Part shown: positions 1 through 10,870 of the stretch, piece after piece
Position numbering within the stretch: position 1 is the stretch's first letter
Layout of the letters: every line of letters starts with the position of its first letter
Assembly (NCBI GenBank): GCA_963777605.1
Contig: CAVZRV010000011.1
Span: forward strand, 64,001-128,000
Direction: 5' to 3'
Source of the DNA: an uncultured Acidobacteriota bacterium
GTDB lineage: Bacteria; Acidobacteriota; UBA6911; RPQK01; JAPXNP01
DNA: 64,000 nt
Notes under the pieces: model-generated
The model's input: only the letters and a program-made list of their open reading frames with translations
What the model was told of the DNA's origin: nothing
Databases searched by the model: none
Translations under genes and position numbers: made by a program

Positions 1-1776
1 AGCACGCCGCCCGCGGGAATTGTCCGTGTGACCGCACCGGCCAGGTTGTTCCCCGCCTCGTCCGTGGCTCTCAGTGTCGCTTGCACCGACTGGCCTGAGG
101 TATTGACCAGTTTCACGTTGGTATAGAACCCACTCAGGCTGGCCAGCTGCGCCGAGTAGAGCTTTGACGCCGTCCCGGCCGGCTGGCCGCCCACTCCTAC
201 CACTGTCTGCTTCGAGGTCAGCTTCACCAACTCGAATCCGACGATGCCTCCGCCCCCTGAAACTTCCGCCGTAACGTATCCGCTCGACACCGAACTCTGC
301 CCGAAGATGCTCCCTACCGTCTCGTAAAAAAATCCGTTCGCCGGGATCGACCGGTTGGCTGTGGTCGCCGAAGTGCTTCCGTCGCGATACAGCTTCAAGT
401 GTACCGTCACCGATTCCGTCGTCGGATTGGCAATCGACAACCAGGTCTCGGCCGCCTGTCCCCGGTAGGCGGTGCTGCCCTGGAATACCCGGGTGAAATA
501 GAGTTTCGGATAAACCTGGCTGAACGGAACCGATCCATCCATCTGGTTGGCCGCCCCAAACTGGAAGAAGCTGCCCACCTCGGGATTGTCGGTCCCCATC
601 TCGATCCAGAGCGACTGCTGGCTTCCGGCCGGTTGTCCGAACAGTTCATTGCAAAGCTTGCCGAGTTGATGCTGTGGCTCCAGGGAGTATTGCGAGGTCG
701 AGTAAGCCTGCGCGCCGGACGACGTGAACGGCGTGAACTGAAGGCGGGCCAAGTTCGATGAATAGTTCGATACCGCAAAGCCGGTAAAGTTCGCTGCATC
801 GGACTGGCAGAATGGAAAGTAGAAGACGCTCCCGGTCCCGAAGGGCTGGACCGACCCGTTGGAGACGGTGACGTCCACTTCGGATTGCGCTGTCTGGTCG
901 GCGGTGTCGAAAGCCCTGGCCTGAATCGTGTGGGATCCGTTGGCAACGGTCGTCGTGTCCCACGCATACGTGTAGGGGGAAGAAGTGTCCGTCCTTTGCT
1001 TCACTCCATCGACGGAGAACTCTACTTTCGCCACGCCGTCGTCGTCCGAGGCCGAGGCCTGCACCGTCACGGTTCCGCTGACCGACGCGCCATCGGAGGG
1101 AGAGGTGATTACGACCGTCGGGGGATTGTCGACCGGAGCCGGCACCAGAAGATCGGCGCACACGTTGTCGAACCCCACCTGGGCACCCTCTCCCTGCGCA
1201 ATCAGCCAGAGCGTATCCAACAGGTAGGGAGCGATCGAGAAGTCGCCTGTGAGCTTCAACGAAGTGTTTTGATTGTTGATCCGAAGGGTGATCTCCGATT
1301 CGTCATAGGCGACACCGATCGAAGTCGGAGTACCGGAAACCTGGTAGGGAGAACTCAAGAACCAATCGCCGATTTCCCAGTCATAGCCGAACAACTGCGC
1401 ACGGCCATCGGGGAAGTAGATGACGCCGATTCCGTCCGTGGTGCGATCACCGACGCCAATGTAGGCATCACCGCTCGTGAAGGGAATGATCCCGACGGCA
1501 GCACCCGCAGGGAAAGCGTCCAACTGAATGTCCACGTCTATCGTAAAGAAGTCACTGGGCCAAAAGTCGGTCTGGTAGAAGGCCAGGTCTCCCGCTGCGA
1601 TCTGATTCAGACGCAGGAGTTCTCCCTGTACGTACCAGTTGCCTGAAGTCCCGTCCCAGGTGTTCGCGGAAAGGCCCGAGAAATCTTCAGCGAACTGGCT
1701 GCAGGTCCCGGAAGAAGTCCCCAAACGCGGAAGGCAAGGAAAGCAGCACAACAAGAAGCGTGAGCAGGCATCGCAT
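1..1776 (-). CDS. Large secreted protein with a bacterial Ig-like (Big) domain; runs off the window edge; apparent +1 frameshift at 1719-1722
   Basis: Absent from the ORF track because no stop lies in the window. GGAGGA RBS, ATG at 1776, signal peptide MRCLLTLLVVLLSLPSAFG. After removing one G from a GGGG run the frame is open to position 1 and includes PPTVVITSPSDGASVSGTVTVQASASDDDGVAKVEFSVDG...YAWDTTTVANGSHTIQARAFD (~858-1131), followed by beta-rich repeats (FYFPFCQSD..., LYSAQLAS...). Confidence 0.8.
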
Positions 1777-2155
1777 AGCGTCCTCCAGGTCTAACAACCA
1801 CCCACTCTCCAGATGACGGTGATGTGAATTGCCACCCGGCGAAAGGTGCCGCCCGTGTCCCCGAACCGCCTTGAGCCTTCCTCAGCGCTCAAATCGGCTC
1901 CCTCTGCAAATCTCCTCACCGCCAGTTTCCAGCAAATGAGCCGAAAATCCAAGCACCAATTGAATTTATCGTTCGGCTCCACGGCGAGCATCAGTAGGGT
2001 GCTGCAATTTCCTGATGGATAATTCCGGATCCGCGTCGTGATCCATTTCTGAAACGAGCAGTTCGGTTTCACGAACTGATATCGCATCAATCTGCACGAA
2101 ACCGAAGATCAGATTCCGCCCCAGGATATCGGCCTGAGACTCTCCCCCGCCAAAC

Positions 2156-2830
2156 TCACTGAGGCAGGAATGCCCCGATCAGTATCAGAATGAGAAACAG
2201 CCCGCCGATCAGTAGTGTCGCAACATTGGCTGAGCTGTAGGTATCATTCCGTCCTGTTGCACCCCGCTCAAAGTGAAGCTCGTTGAGGCGCTGTGCAGTC
2301 TGCTGGACCGGAATCATCGGGATGAACATGGCGAAACTGACTAGCCACCACGGGTCGGGGAGTAACGCGGTCAGCTGCAGAATGAGAAAAGACGCACCGA
2401 GAACGCTGGAATTCCAGGCGACCGGCACCCCAGCTGACATGGCGTCTGCGCGGATCTTCTTGAACAGGGAGAAGCCCCAAATCGGGGCGAAGAAGGTTCT
2501 CCAGAACGGGCTGATCTTCTCGCTGGAAGAGTTCTTGATCCAATTCCAGTTTTGGTAGCACCAATAGAGTTCATAGATTCCGAAGGTGCAAATCGAAAGG
2601 ATGATGAACTTGGGAGTCGCCACCGGGAACAGCGGAGTTGCCATCGCTTCGGGCACGACCGGCCAATCAGCCTCCGGGCGTTGACTTGCGTTGACCCTTG
2701 CCGCCGAGCCAGCCAGGAGTGGATGGGCGGTCGGGGACGTCACCCCACCCAGAACGCACCCGCATCGGACGCAGGCTGGACTCTCGTCAGAGACACTCTG
2801 TCCACACTCCGAACAAATTACGATGGCCAC
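2156..2830 (-). CDS. Zinc-ribbon membrane protein (DUF4234-like)
   Basis: GAGGA RBS before GTG 2830; N-terminal CSEC-x10-CVRC ribbon; ILSICTFGIYELYW motif and several hydrophobic helices. Confidence 0.7.
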   Translation of the reverse strand: MAIVICSECGQSVSDESPACVRCGCVLGGVTSPTAHPLLAGSAARVNASQRPEADWPVVPEAMATPLFPVATPKFIILSICTFGIYELYWCYQNWNWIKNSSSEKISPFWRTFFAPIWGFSLFKKIRADAMSAGVPVAWNSSVLGASFLILQLTALLPDPWWLVSFAMFIPMIPVQQTAQRLNELHFERGATGRNDTYSSANVATLLIGGLFLILILIGAFLPQ

Positions 2831-3343
2831 GCAGTTTCGTCCTCTATGAGCCTGGTTGGTCGCACGTTCGTGCGCCACAACATGAGTGTCCGGATCAGCA
2901 TATTCCCCCGAGCCGCCCGCACAGCACGCGGCTCAACATCAGCAGCGCCAACCAGCTCTGCAGAATTGACGAGATCTCCATCCGACTATTGCCTGAACCG
3001 GCGGACGGGTCGGCGAATTCCCGTGGCGTTGCGCGAAGCTGGAAGCGCAGATCATCAAGGCCCCGCACCAGACAAGATGGGCCGAACCCCACCCCGCATA
3101 ACACCGAACATCCCCAAAATAGGGTAGACAGAGCGTTCCGCTGAAGGCTCTGTCTACCATTGGCTGCTCAGAGATCCTCTCTCGAGTAACCGAATCGGGA
3201 CTGTATCAAAAATCGGCATTGGACTCTCGATTTGGTTTAGCCCACCCTAATTGGTGACAGGCCGACACAAATTATTAATGTCTGTCGCAGGTTATGATCG
3301 GATTTAGGGCGTGTCACCAAATTCATTAAGCCGGTCTTTGAAG

Positions 3344-3820
3344 ATGAACAAGAAAAGACTGATTGGGGAGGGCTATAGACTGTTCTCAGCATTTGCCCGC
3401 CCCGCACGTTTCCATGAACATTTCGCGAGTGATCCGGAAGCTGCAGATCACGAAAGCCTCTTGCAAGCCCGAAATCGACAGACGCTTGCATTGGATGACG
3501 TAGCAGGCATCGGTTATAACCCAATATCCGGCATCAGCCCCGAAGGCATGGCGTACTTCATGCCTCGCCTCGTGGAACTCGCGCTGGATCTAGAGTCGAT
3601 TTCGCGATCTGAACAAGAGCCTTACCTGTGGTGTTTCGTCCTTCAAATATCGCCAGAGAAAGCTCCAAAACAGTTCGCCCTGTTCGAAGACCAGCATTGC
3701 CGTTTCCTGTGCAAGATCCTGCAGGCAATCTGGGAGGAACATGAGGAACTGATCAGGGAGGGTTGCTTTGAGGTTGAGTTTCAAAACACCCTTGAATTCT
3801 GGTGTAAGAAAAGTTGCTAG
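3344..3820 (+). CDS. Hypothetical protein
   Basis: 158-aa ORF with protein-like composition (SPEGMAYFMPRLVELAL); GC looks lower than neighbours; start uncertain (3311 or 3344). Confidence 0.6.
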   Translation: MNKKRLIGEGYRLFSAFARPARFHEHFASDPEAADHESLLQARNRQTLALDDVAGIGYNPISGISPEGMAYFMPRLVELALDLESISRSEQEPYLWCFVLQISPEKAPKQFALFEDQHCRFLCKILQAIWEEHEELIREGCFEVEFQNTLEFWCKKSC

Positions 3821-3895
3821 CCCACAGAGAGCCTCTTTGGAGAAGCCGGGGCAGAGGTGTACCGGGGATCGGCATGCGCCTCCGGATTCGCCCTT

Positions 3896-4711
3896 CTAGA
3901 AGCGAAAAGTGAAGCGTGAGCTTGCCTCGTGGACGACCTGCCCGAAGTCCCGGATCCGGCGGTCTTCTTCATTGGACAAGGGACCCTTTTCCCGAAGGGC
4001 CTGGAGGTTTTCTTCCAACTCACGGCGGTTTCTGGGACCTGTGAGAACCACGTCCACATGCGGATTGGAAAGGCAGAAGCGATAGCAGTCGCCCGCGGTC
4101 ATGACGGGACCGCTCCAGCCTTTCGGACGTTTGAGCAAACCGCGCCATCGGGTGGCCGTGTAGGCAACGACAGCGGGGCGGCCCTTTTCGAGGTACGGGA
4201 AAATGTCGCGTTCGGCACCCGGGTGAGCCGCGTTGTAGCGAATCATGAGCACGTCGAGGGGCGAGTCCTGGGCCAGCGCGCCCGCTCGCGCCCGGTCGTG
4301 GAGGCTCACGCCGATGGAACGGACCAGGCCAGACTCGCGAAGGGCCACCAGGGCATCGATCGTGGAAGAGGTCCAGGCACTCGCCCGGCCGAGCCAGAAG
4401 AGCTGGAAAACGTCCAGGTAGTCTGTTCCGAGTTTCTTCAGCAGTCGTTCGCAGCCGCGCCTGATGCCGCCGCCGAAGAACCCCAGGGTCGGCCCCGATG
4501 CGAGGACAATGGACTCCCGGTCACGCTTCAATGCCGCCTTGAGCGAGTTCGTGATCCCGCGGGCGTTGGGAGGCCAGAAAACGTAGTTGATCCCCTGCTC
4601 CAGCGCCCACTCCAGGTCCTCTCCGCCAATGCCGAAGTTGGTCGCCAAACCCAGGCGGAATACCTTGCGCCCGAAGACCGGAACCTCCCGAAAGAGAACG
4701 TCGTCGTCCAT
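3896..4711 (-). CDS. Aldo/keto reductase
   Basis: LKKLGTDYLDVFQL, GLVRSIGVS, RFCLSNPHVDVVLTG AKR motifs. Confidence 0.85.
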   Translation of the reverse strand: MDDDVLFREVPVFGRKVFRLGLATNFGIGGEDLEWALEQGINYVFWPPNARGITNSLKAALKRDRESIVLASGPTLGFFGGGIRRGCERLLKKLGTDYLDVFQLFWLGRASAWTSSTIDALVALRESGLVRSIGVSLHDRARAGALAQDSPLDVLMIRYNAAHPGAERDIFPYLEKGRPAVVAYTATRWRGLLKRPKGWSGPVMTAGDCYRFCLSNPHVDVVLTGPRNRRELEENLQALREKGPLSNEEDRRIRDFGQVVHEASSRFTFRF

Positions 4712-4970
4712 AAACTCTCGTCCTTTCCGTAAGCGGTATTCCCCGGCGAAACAAACAGACGAACGCCGCTTCCAAAATACCTGAATGGTGCCGGCCGGCC
4801 CAAACAAAAAGCGCGAACCTGTTCAGTTCAGTCGGAGCTATTGCCAAGATTCGGGTGACGCGAAGGAACCGAGTACTGTTGCTTCGCTGCGGGCTCCGGC
4901 CTAGCATAAAGAACAGAACATGAGAACGCGGTCTGAGTTTCAACCTGTTTTGTCTCGGAAAGGTACTGCC

Positions 4971-5804
4971 ATGAAGCCGAACTTCCTTCTGCTTGCGGTC
5001 GTGTTTGCCCTGATCCCCGGGTTATTTGCACAGACGGCGGGTTCGCCCGGCGGCAAGGGACCGTGGAAGCTGGTCTGGAGTGACGAGTTCAACGGCCCGG
5101 CGATCGACCGGTCGGTCTGGGGCTATGAGATCGGCTTCGTCCGGAACAAGGAACCCCAGTACTACACCGATCGTCCCGAGAACTCCTACATTGAGAACGG
5201 GAACCTCGTGATCGAAACCCGCATGGAGAACTACCAGGGTGCACCCTATACCTCAGCGAGCCTGAACACGCACGGGAAGAAAGCGTTCCTGTATGGCCGA
5301 ATCGAGATGCGTGCGAAGCTTCCGGAGGGGAACGGGATCTGGCCGGCTTTCTGGACTCTCGGTGAGAAGGAGGGCTGGCCCCGCGGCGGCGAGATTGACA
5401 TTATGGAGCTGTGGGGCGGGCAGATCGATGAGATCTGGGGCAGAAAAGGGGATAACGGCCTGGGGGACGGGGTCACCACCGGCTGCTCTCATTTTGCCGA
5501 CGACAACGGGAAACATGTATCCGGTGGCCAGGGGAAGTACCGGCTACCCAACGGAGCAAAATGTTCCGACGCCTACCATATCTATGCCATCGAATGGGAT
5601 CCGGACGGGATCAAATGGTTCTTCGACGACGTCAACTTCATGAACTTCAAGATCGACACGGCTGCGAAGCGGCATTCCTTTCAGCAACCGCATTACATCC
5701 TGGTCAATACCGCCATCTCCGCTACGGCCAAGCCGGGACCGACGGAGGACACACTCCCGCAGAAGTACTTCATCGACTACGTCCGCGTATACCAGAAGCA
5801 GTAG
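4971..5804 (+). CDS. Secreted GH16 glycoside hydrolase (laminarinase-like)
   Basis: Signal peptide; WSDEFNG, GIWPAFW, catalytic EIDIME, IDYVRVYQ. Confidence 0.92.
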   Translation: MKPNFLLLAVVFALIPGLFAQTAGSPGGKGPWKLVWSDEFNGPAIDRSVWGYEIGFVRNKEPQYYTDRPENSYIENGNLVIETRMENYQGAPYTSASLNTHGKKAFLYGRIEMRAKLPEGNGIWPAFWTLGEKEGWPRGGEIDIMELWGGQIDEIWGRKGDNGLGDGVTTGCSHFADDNGKHVSGGQGKYRLPNGAKCSDAYHIYAIEWDPDGIKWFFDDVNFMNFKIDTAAKRHSFQQPHYILVNTAISATAKPGPTEDTLPQKYFIDYVRVYQKQ

Positions 5805-6017
5805 GATTGAATTTCCCGAACTTGTTTCAGTCCTGGTCAATCGGCGCGAAATCGGTGGCAGATCCATAGAGCTTCCTGAAGCCTGGAAACAGCTTGCATT
5901 ATACCTGGGCGTCACGGTGCGGCCTGTCGCACCCGTCCCTGTAAGACATTAAGATTGGTACCAGACCCGGATCTTTGTCCTTTACTTAAGGGACCTTACT
6001 GCGCCGAACCGGGGCTT

Positions 6018-7328
6018 TCAGCGGTCTATTTTCGACCAGACCTTGTTCTCCATATCCTTCATCCGGATCTCCACCGGCGGCAGGTCGGGGAGGTTGCTCT
6101 CCGGGCGATCGAGGTAAAACCAGGCCGTCGCCGAGACGTCGTCGCTCCGGTAGAAGTAGGCTCCGTCCTTGTCGTCAATCGACGGCGGTTCGGGCATGTC
6201 GAGGACTCGAAGGTACTCAGGCCTGGGACCTTTCAGTCGAAGGATGTCTCCGCCCTTCGCATCGAGGAGCGCAACCAGCTTCAGTTCGGCTCCCCGCTTC
6301 TGCATCTCCCGAAACTTCTTGACCGAGGAGTTCCCCATCTGCTGAATCGTGACCCGGCACTCCCGGTGGAAGTAGACCGGGTCAACCACGTGATAGCGGT
6401 AGAAAGCGTAAAGGTCATTTTCGCTGTCCGAGACCAGTGATCCGGAATAGCGGTTTGCGTAGCGACCCTGGCCGAATCCGGACCCGATGTAGTCTTCGGT
6501 TCCGGTCCCCACCAGCGTCGGCCGCTCCCGGTCACCATCCAGGTAGGCCTTAACCTCGCCTTCTCCGAACCAGGTGCCGCGATATGCCTCGTCACCAATC
6601 ACCCCAATCCCTGCCCCCAGGTAACGGCCTTTCCCTTCCACCCGGGGAAGGATTTCGTAGGCTTCGCCGAGCTTCGTCTTGAGCTGCCGGTTCCAGTAGG
6701 TGTGGAAGTAGAGTGCATTCTCGAACGGCTTGTCGAGCGTCAGAAGGTCGATGTCGTACCAGAAGAGAACGTAGTACGGAGACTCGTTTGTGACCACAAC
6801 CCTCGCGCCGGTCCGGAAGGGCATCGGAATCGTCATGTTGAAGGAACGTCCCTCAGGACTTGAGAAGAGCTCGCTGTCGAAGGGGGTCAGCATGCCGAGG
6901 CCGGCCCCGAATAAGTCGCCGATGGGAGCCGAAACGGCCGGCTTCGAAGCCCCGTCCCAATACATGTCGATCCGTACCATGCGCCGCTGTTCAGAACTGC
7001 GGGCGATGGTACCGCTCATCCACATCCGGTTGATGACTCCGGCGCCCTCGTAGTCGAGCAGGAGCTGTTGGGCACCAGGTGCGATCGTGTAAAAGGCGTT
7101 TCCTTTGGCTCCCTGGTTGGTCTTCCCGCCCTCGCCCGGGTCCCCGTTGGGATTCTCGGGACTGGCCCAACGGGTATGCGTTCCGTCGGGTGGAACTGTG
7201 AAGAGCATTCCGGGCTGCCCAGGTTGGAGCGCCGCGGAATCAGACCCGTCAGTTTTCCCGGGTTGGCCAGAACAGCCGGAAACCAGCAGCACTCCCAATA
7301 TGACCACAATTCGCTGGGCTGAATTCAT
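6018..7328 (-). CDS. DUF2961 / GH172 family lipoprotein
   Basis: Lipobox LLVSGC; WFGEGE, GTGTEDY and YRYH..DP motifs. Confidence 0.88.
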   Translation of the reverse strand: MNSAQRIVVILGVLLVSGCSGQPGKTDGSDSAALQPGQPGMLFTVPPDGTHTRWASPENPNGDPGEGGKTNQGAKGNAFYTIAPGAQQLLLDYEGAGVINRMWMSGTIARSSEQRRMVRIDMYWDGASKPAVSAPIGDLFGAGLGMLTPFDSELFSSPEGRSFNMTIPMPFRTGARVVVTNESPYYVLFWYDIDLLTLDKPFENALYFHTYWNRQLKTKLGEAYEILPRVEGKGRYLGAGIGVIGDEAYRGTWFGEGEVKAYLDGDRERPTLVGTGTEDYIGSGFGQGRYANRYSGSLVSDSENDLYAFYRYHVVDPVYFHRECRVTIQQMGNSSVKKFREMQKRGAELKLVALLDAKGGDILRLKGPRPEYLRVLDMPEPPSIDDKDGAYFYRSDDVSATAWFYLDRPESNLPDLPPVEIRMKDMENKVWSKIDR

Positions 7329-7338
7329 GGGAGCCAGC

Positions 7339-8610
7339 CTACACCGAAGCCGCGGCCTTGTCACCGGCGACCGAGGCGGCCAGCCCGCGGGCGGCGACTC
7401 TGCCGCTCGCCCACGCCCACTGAAAGTTGAAGCCGCCAAGGCGGCCATCCACGTCGAGGATCTCGCCGACGAGAAAGAGGCCGGGGCAGAGGCGTGACTG
7501 CATGGAACGGGGATCAACTTCCCCCAGTGCCACCCCACCGGCCGTCACCTCGGCAAACCGGTAGCCGCGGCTGTCGACGACGGGTAGGTGCAACGCGGTT
7601 GATAGTCGGGCCAGGCGGCGACGTTCGTCCCGGGTCAACTGCCCGACCGGCCTCGACGCATCCACCCGGGCCAGCCTGCTGACCGACGCAGCGACGGCCG
7701 CCGGCATGTGAAGCGCCAGGGCATTCGCGGTTCCGAGACGGGGGCGGTCTTGGCCCACTTCCAACAGTCGCCGGTCTACCCTGGGAAAATCGAGCCCCGG
7801 AAATAGGTTGGCCACGAGGAGCGGTTCCAGCCGTTCCAGCCGGGCGCGCAGCCAGTGCCTCGAGATGTCGAGTACGGCGGGGCCGCTGGCCCCGAAGTGG
7901 GTCCACAACATCGAACCGGCCACGCGGATCGGTTTGCGGTCCGGCACCGAAAGCGTCAATTCGACCGGCTGGCTGACTCCCTGCAACTCCGTGTGGGGTC
8001 CGTCGCCCAGCACCAGCGGGACAAGGGCGGGAGTCGTGGGAACGATCGTGTGGCCGAGGCCCTGGGCCAGTTCGTATCCGGCGCCGTCACTGCCGCTCTT
8101 GGGCAGCGACCGCCCCCCGGTGGCCAGCACAACCCGCCTGCTCCGGAAAAGACCGCAGGCGGTTTGCACCGTAAAGCCCAGTTTCTCGGCGGCAATAGCG
8201 CTGACACGATGGGACGTCAAGAGGCGCACTCCGCGGGCCCGGCATTCGCCGAGCAGCGCGTCGAGAACCGACCGCGCCCGGCTTGAATCCGGGAACAGCT
8301 TTCCCAGAACCTCTTCGTGCAGAGGAACGCCCAGGCCGGCGAAGAAGTTCGTCGTTGCTTCGACCGGAAACGCCCTGAGAACGCGTGCGATTGCCCCTCT
8401 CGTACCACCGTTGAAATCAGCTTCGCGGACTTCCCGGTTGGTGACATTGCAGCGGCCGCCTCCGCTGACGAGGATCTTGGCGCCGGGCACGCGAGCCCCG
8501 TCCAGCAACACAATGCCCGCGCCGGGGAGTTCTCTGGCCGCGAAGATAGCCGTTGCCAACCCAGCTGCACCGGCACCCACGATGACAATGTCGGTGAATT
8601 GTTCAGTCAC
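7339..8610 (-). CDS. HI0933/BaiN-family flavoprotein
   Basis: GAGAAG, KILVSGGGRCNVTN, ATGG, GEILDVDGRLGGFNFQWAWASG. Confidence 0.93.
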   Translation of the reverse strand: MTEQFTDIVIVGAGAAGLATAIFAARELPGAGIVLLDGARVPGAKILVSGGGRCNVTNREVREADFNGGTRGAIARVLRAFPVEATTNFFAGLGVPLHEEVLGKLFPDSSRARSVLDALLGECRARGVRLLTSHRVSAIAAEKLGFTVQTACGLFRSRRVVLATGGRSLPKSGSDGAGYELAQGLGHTIVPTTPALVPLVLGDGPHTELQGVSQPVELTLSVPDRKPIRVAGSMLWTHFGASGPAVLDISRHWLRARLERLEPLLVANLFPGLDFPRVDRRLLEVGQDRPRLGTANALALHMPAAVAASVSRLARVDASRPVGQLTRDERRRLARLSTALHLPVVDSRGYRFAEVTAGGVALGEVDPRSMQSRLCPGLFLVGEILDVDGRLGGFNFQWAWASGRVAARGLAASVAGDKAAASV

Positions 8611-8631
8611 TCGGTGAATCGCTCAGTTCCG

Positions 8632-9825
8632 CTATTGAGGAGACACTTTGACGAGAACCAGACCGTGCGAGGGTACTTCAGCCGAGAAGCTGGACTTGAA
8701 TATTCCGAGGTCCCGGTGCTGCCAGAGGTCGCGAACCGTAGCCTCCTGGTCCGGGTCCAGAATGATTTCCTGCCAGGAAACCGCGATGCGATGCGGTGTT
8801 TCTCCGCGATTGAGGAGACCGACCGCGCGGGAACCGTCGGCCAGCGGACGGGACCAGACTTCCAGGTCGCCGTCGTCGCGAATCCGGTCGCCGGCAACCC
8901 CCAACGGATCCTGATCCACCGCGATGACCTCACGATTCGTCAGAAGGTCACGAATGTCGGAAGACATGGTCCGGATGTCGTTTCCTGCCATCAAAGGCGC
9001 GGCCATCAGGCACCAGAGGCCGAAGTGGGCTCGGTATTCAGTCAGGTTCATTCCGCCGTTTCCAACCTCGAGCATGTCCGGGTCATTCCAGTGCCCTGGT
9101 CCCGCGTACGGCGCAATTCCGGCCTGCAGATCTATGATCCTGGTCCAGGAAAGGCCACCCCAATCCTTCTTGCAGTCCCAACAATCCACTATGTCCCCAG
9201 TGGTGCGCCAGAGCTGACCGACGCCCTGAGCCCAGAGCCACGGCTTCTCGACTCCCCATTCACACATACTGAAGACGATGTCCCGGCCCGATTCCCGGAG
9301 CGCCTGGGACATCTTAGGGTACGCCGTCTTGGGATCCTGACCTTCACTGTGGCACCAGTCATACTTCAGGTAGTCAACTCCCCACGCCGCGTATTGCCGG
9401 GCATCCTGTTTTTCGTGCCCCTTCGACCCCGGGCGCCCCTGGCAGGTGGCCGTTCCGGCATCCGAGTAAATGCCGAACTTGAGACCCTTTGAATGAACGT
9501 AATCGGCAAGAGCCTTGATACCGGAGGGAAACCGGTCGGGATCGGCAATGATATTTCCCTGCTCGTCCCGTCGAACCTGCCAGCAGTCGTCGATGACGAC
9601 ATACTGATACCCGGCATCCTTCATGCCGCTCGACACCATCGCGTCGGCAGCTTCCTTGATTAGCTTCTCACTGACGTCGCAGCCGAACTTGTTCCAGCTG
9701 TTCCAACCCATCGGCGGGGTGAGCGAGAGAACCTCCTGCTTCGTTCCCTGGGCCGACGAGACCGTGCCCAACAGGAGAGTAAAGAGCAAAATAAGCGCAG
9801 CCCGGTATAGACGTACAATTCCCAT
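8632..9825 (-). CDS. GH27 alpha-galactosidase
   Basis: Signal peptide; TPPMGWNSWN, IDDCW, WGVDYLKYDWC, WNDPDML. Confidence 0.95.
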   Translation of the reverse strand: MGIVRLYRAALILLFTLLLGTVSSAQGTKQEVLSLTPPMGWNSWNKFGCDVSEKLIKEAADAMVSSGMKDAGYQYVVIDDCWQVRRDEQGNIIADPDRFPSGIKALADYVHSKGLKFGIYSDAGTATCQGRPGSKGHEKQDARQYAAWGVDYLKYDWCHSEGQDPKTAYPKMSQALRESGRDIVFSMCEWGVEKPWLWAQGVGQLWRTTGDIVDCWDCKKDWGGLSWTRIIDLQAGIAPYAGPGHWNDPDMLEVGNGGMNLTEYRAHFGLWCLMAAPLMAGNDIRTMSSDIRDLLTNREVIAVDQDPLGVAGDRIRDDGDLEVWSRPLADGSRAVGLLNRGETPHRIAVSWQEIILDPDQEATVRDLWQHRDLGIFKSSFSAEVPSHGLVLVKVSPQ

Positions 9826-9885
9826 GACACTTCCTTTCGAAAACAACAGCGATGTTCCCAGCCGGGCGGCGCCGGATGCTGCTCA

Positions 9886-10530
9886 TCAGACGAGTCTGTG
9901 CTCGACCGCGTAGCGAATCAATGCCGCATCATTCTTGACACCAAGCTTGTCCAGGATGCGGGTCCGGTAAGAACTGATCGTCTGGGGACTCAAGAACAGT
10001 GTTTCGGCGATGGTAGCCCGCTTCTTCCCCTGGGAGATCAGGCTGAGTACCTGCGTCTCCCGCGAGGAAAGCGTCGGCTGAGCTTCCATCCCCGACCCGA
10101 GTTTAAACAGCAGTGTTTGAGCAACCTCAGGGCTGACGAAACAGTGCCCGGAGAGGGTTCTTCGGAGAGCCTGCACGAGGTGGTGAGGCGTACTCTGCCT
10201 TCCCAGATAGCCTGTCACATGGGCTCGAATCACGGCCATTGCGTCATGGTCTGAGGGAGAGGAGTTGAGGACCAGCAGAGGCAAATCGGGCTTTTCCGCC
10301 CGAATCTGCTCAATAAGGTTAAGCCCAAATCCGGAAGCCGTGTCGTAAATCAGGAAAACCAGGTCGATCGAGTCTTCCCTGATCCGGTTGAGGACCGCTC
10401 CCGCACTTCCGGCGTGGTGATGTTCGTCGATCTGATAGCCTGCCCGGCTGATCAAAGAAGCCAGTGCAGACCGAACCAGAGGGAATGCACCGGCGATGAG
10501 TATCTGTTGGTTGTCTTTCGATCTATTCAC
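9886..10530 (-). CDS. NarL/LuxR-family response regulator with a degenerate receiver domain
   Basis: C-terminal LSSRETQVL...IAETLFLSPQTISSYRTRILDKL HTH; AAGGAG RBS before GTG 10530; receiver lacks the canonical acidic pair and Lys. Confidence 0.85.
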   Translation of the reverse strand: MNRSKDNQQILIAGAFPLVRSALASLISRAGYQIDEHHHAGSAGAVLNRIREDSIDLVFLIYDTASGFGLNLIEQIRAEKPDLPLLVLNSSPSDHDAMAVIRAHVTGYLGRQSTPHHLVQALRRTLSGHCFVSPEVAQTLLFKLGSGMEAQPTLSSRETQVLSLISQGKKRATIAETLFLSPQTISSYRTRILDKLGVKNDAALIRYAVEHRLV

Positions 10531-10597
10531 TTCAGTCTCCTTCCCCATCAGGAACACCTTGTAAGGCATCCCAGGTGAAGGTCCGACTCCCCGCAGT

Positions 10598-10870
10598 TCA
10601 CGCTGGCTGCCCAGCCGTGACGGAAACCGGGACCAGATCTTCTTCAAATTCCGCGGAAACCGTTCCCCCGTCGGCGAACACCTCGTAGAGAAGCCACTGC
10701 TCGACCTGGTTTCCCGGCTCGTCCGAATTCGGGATCCAGACCCCGTCGATAATCCAGCGATCGACCACCATGCCCTGGTGGCGGGTCTGTCGGCTGAGCA
10801 CGCGTTCGCCCATCGAAAAACGGAAGTTCCTGTCCACGCCCTTGTCCTTTGTGTCCATGCCTGTTCCCAT
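10598..10870 (-). CDS. Small hypothetical protein, possible YccV/HspQ-like SH3 fold
   Basis: FRFSMGERV...HQGMVVD...YEVFADGG...EEDL pattern resembles YccV-like domains. Confidence 0.5.
   Translation of the reverse strand: MGTGMDTKDKGVDRNFRFSMGERVLSRQTRHQGMVVDRWIIDGVWIPNSDEPGNQVEQWLLYEVFADGGTVSAEFEEDLVPVSVTAGQPA

Noticed and set aside
399-1646. ORF-track calls 399-761, 407-967, 646-1161 and 885-1646
   Set aside because: Shadow frames of the uncalled minus-strand Ig-domain gene.
1789-3340. Integron cassette array (GTCTAAC, GCATAAC near small orphan genes)
   Set aside because: No matching attC inverse/core pairs could be built and no intI is present.
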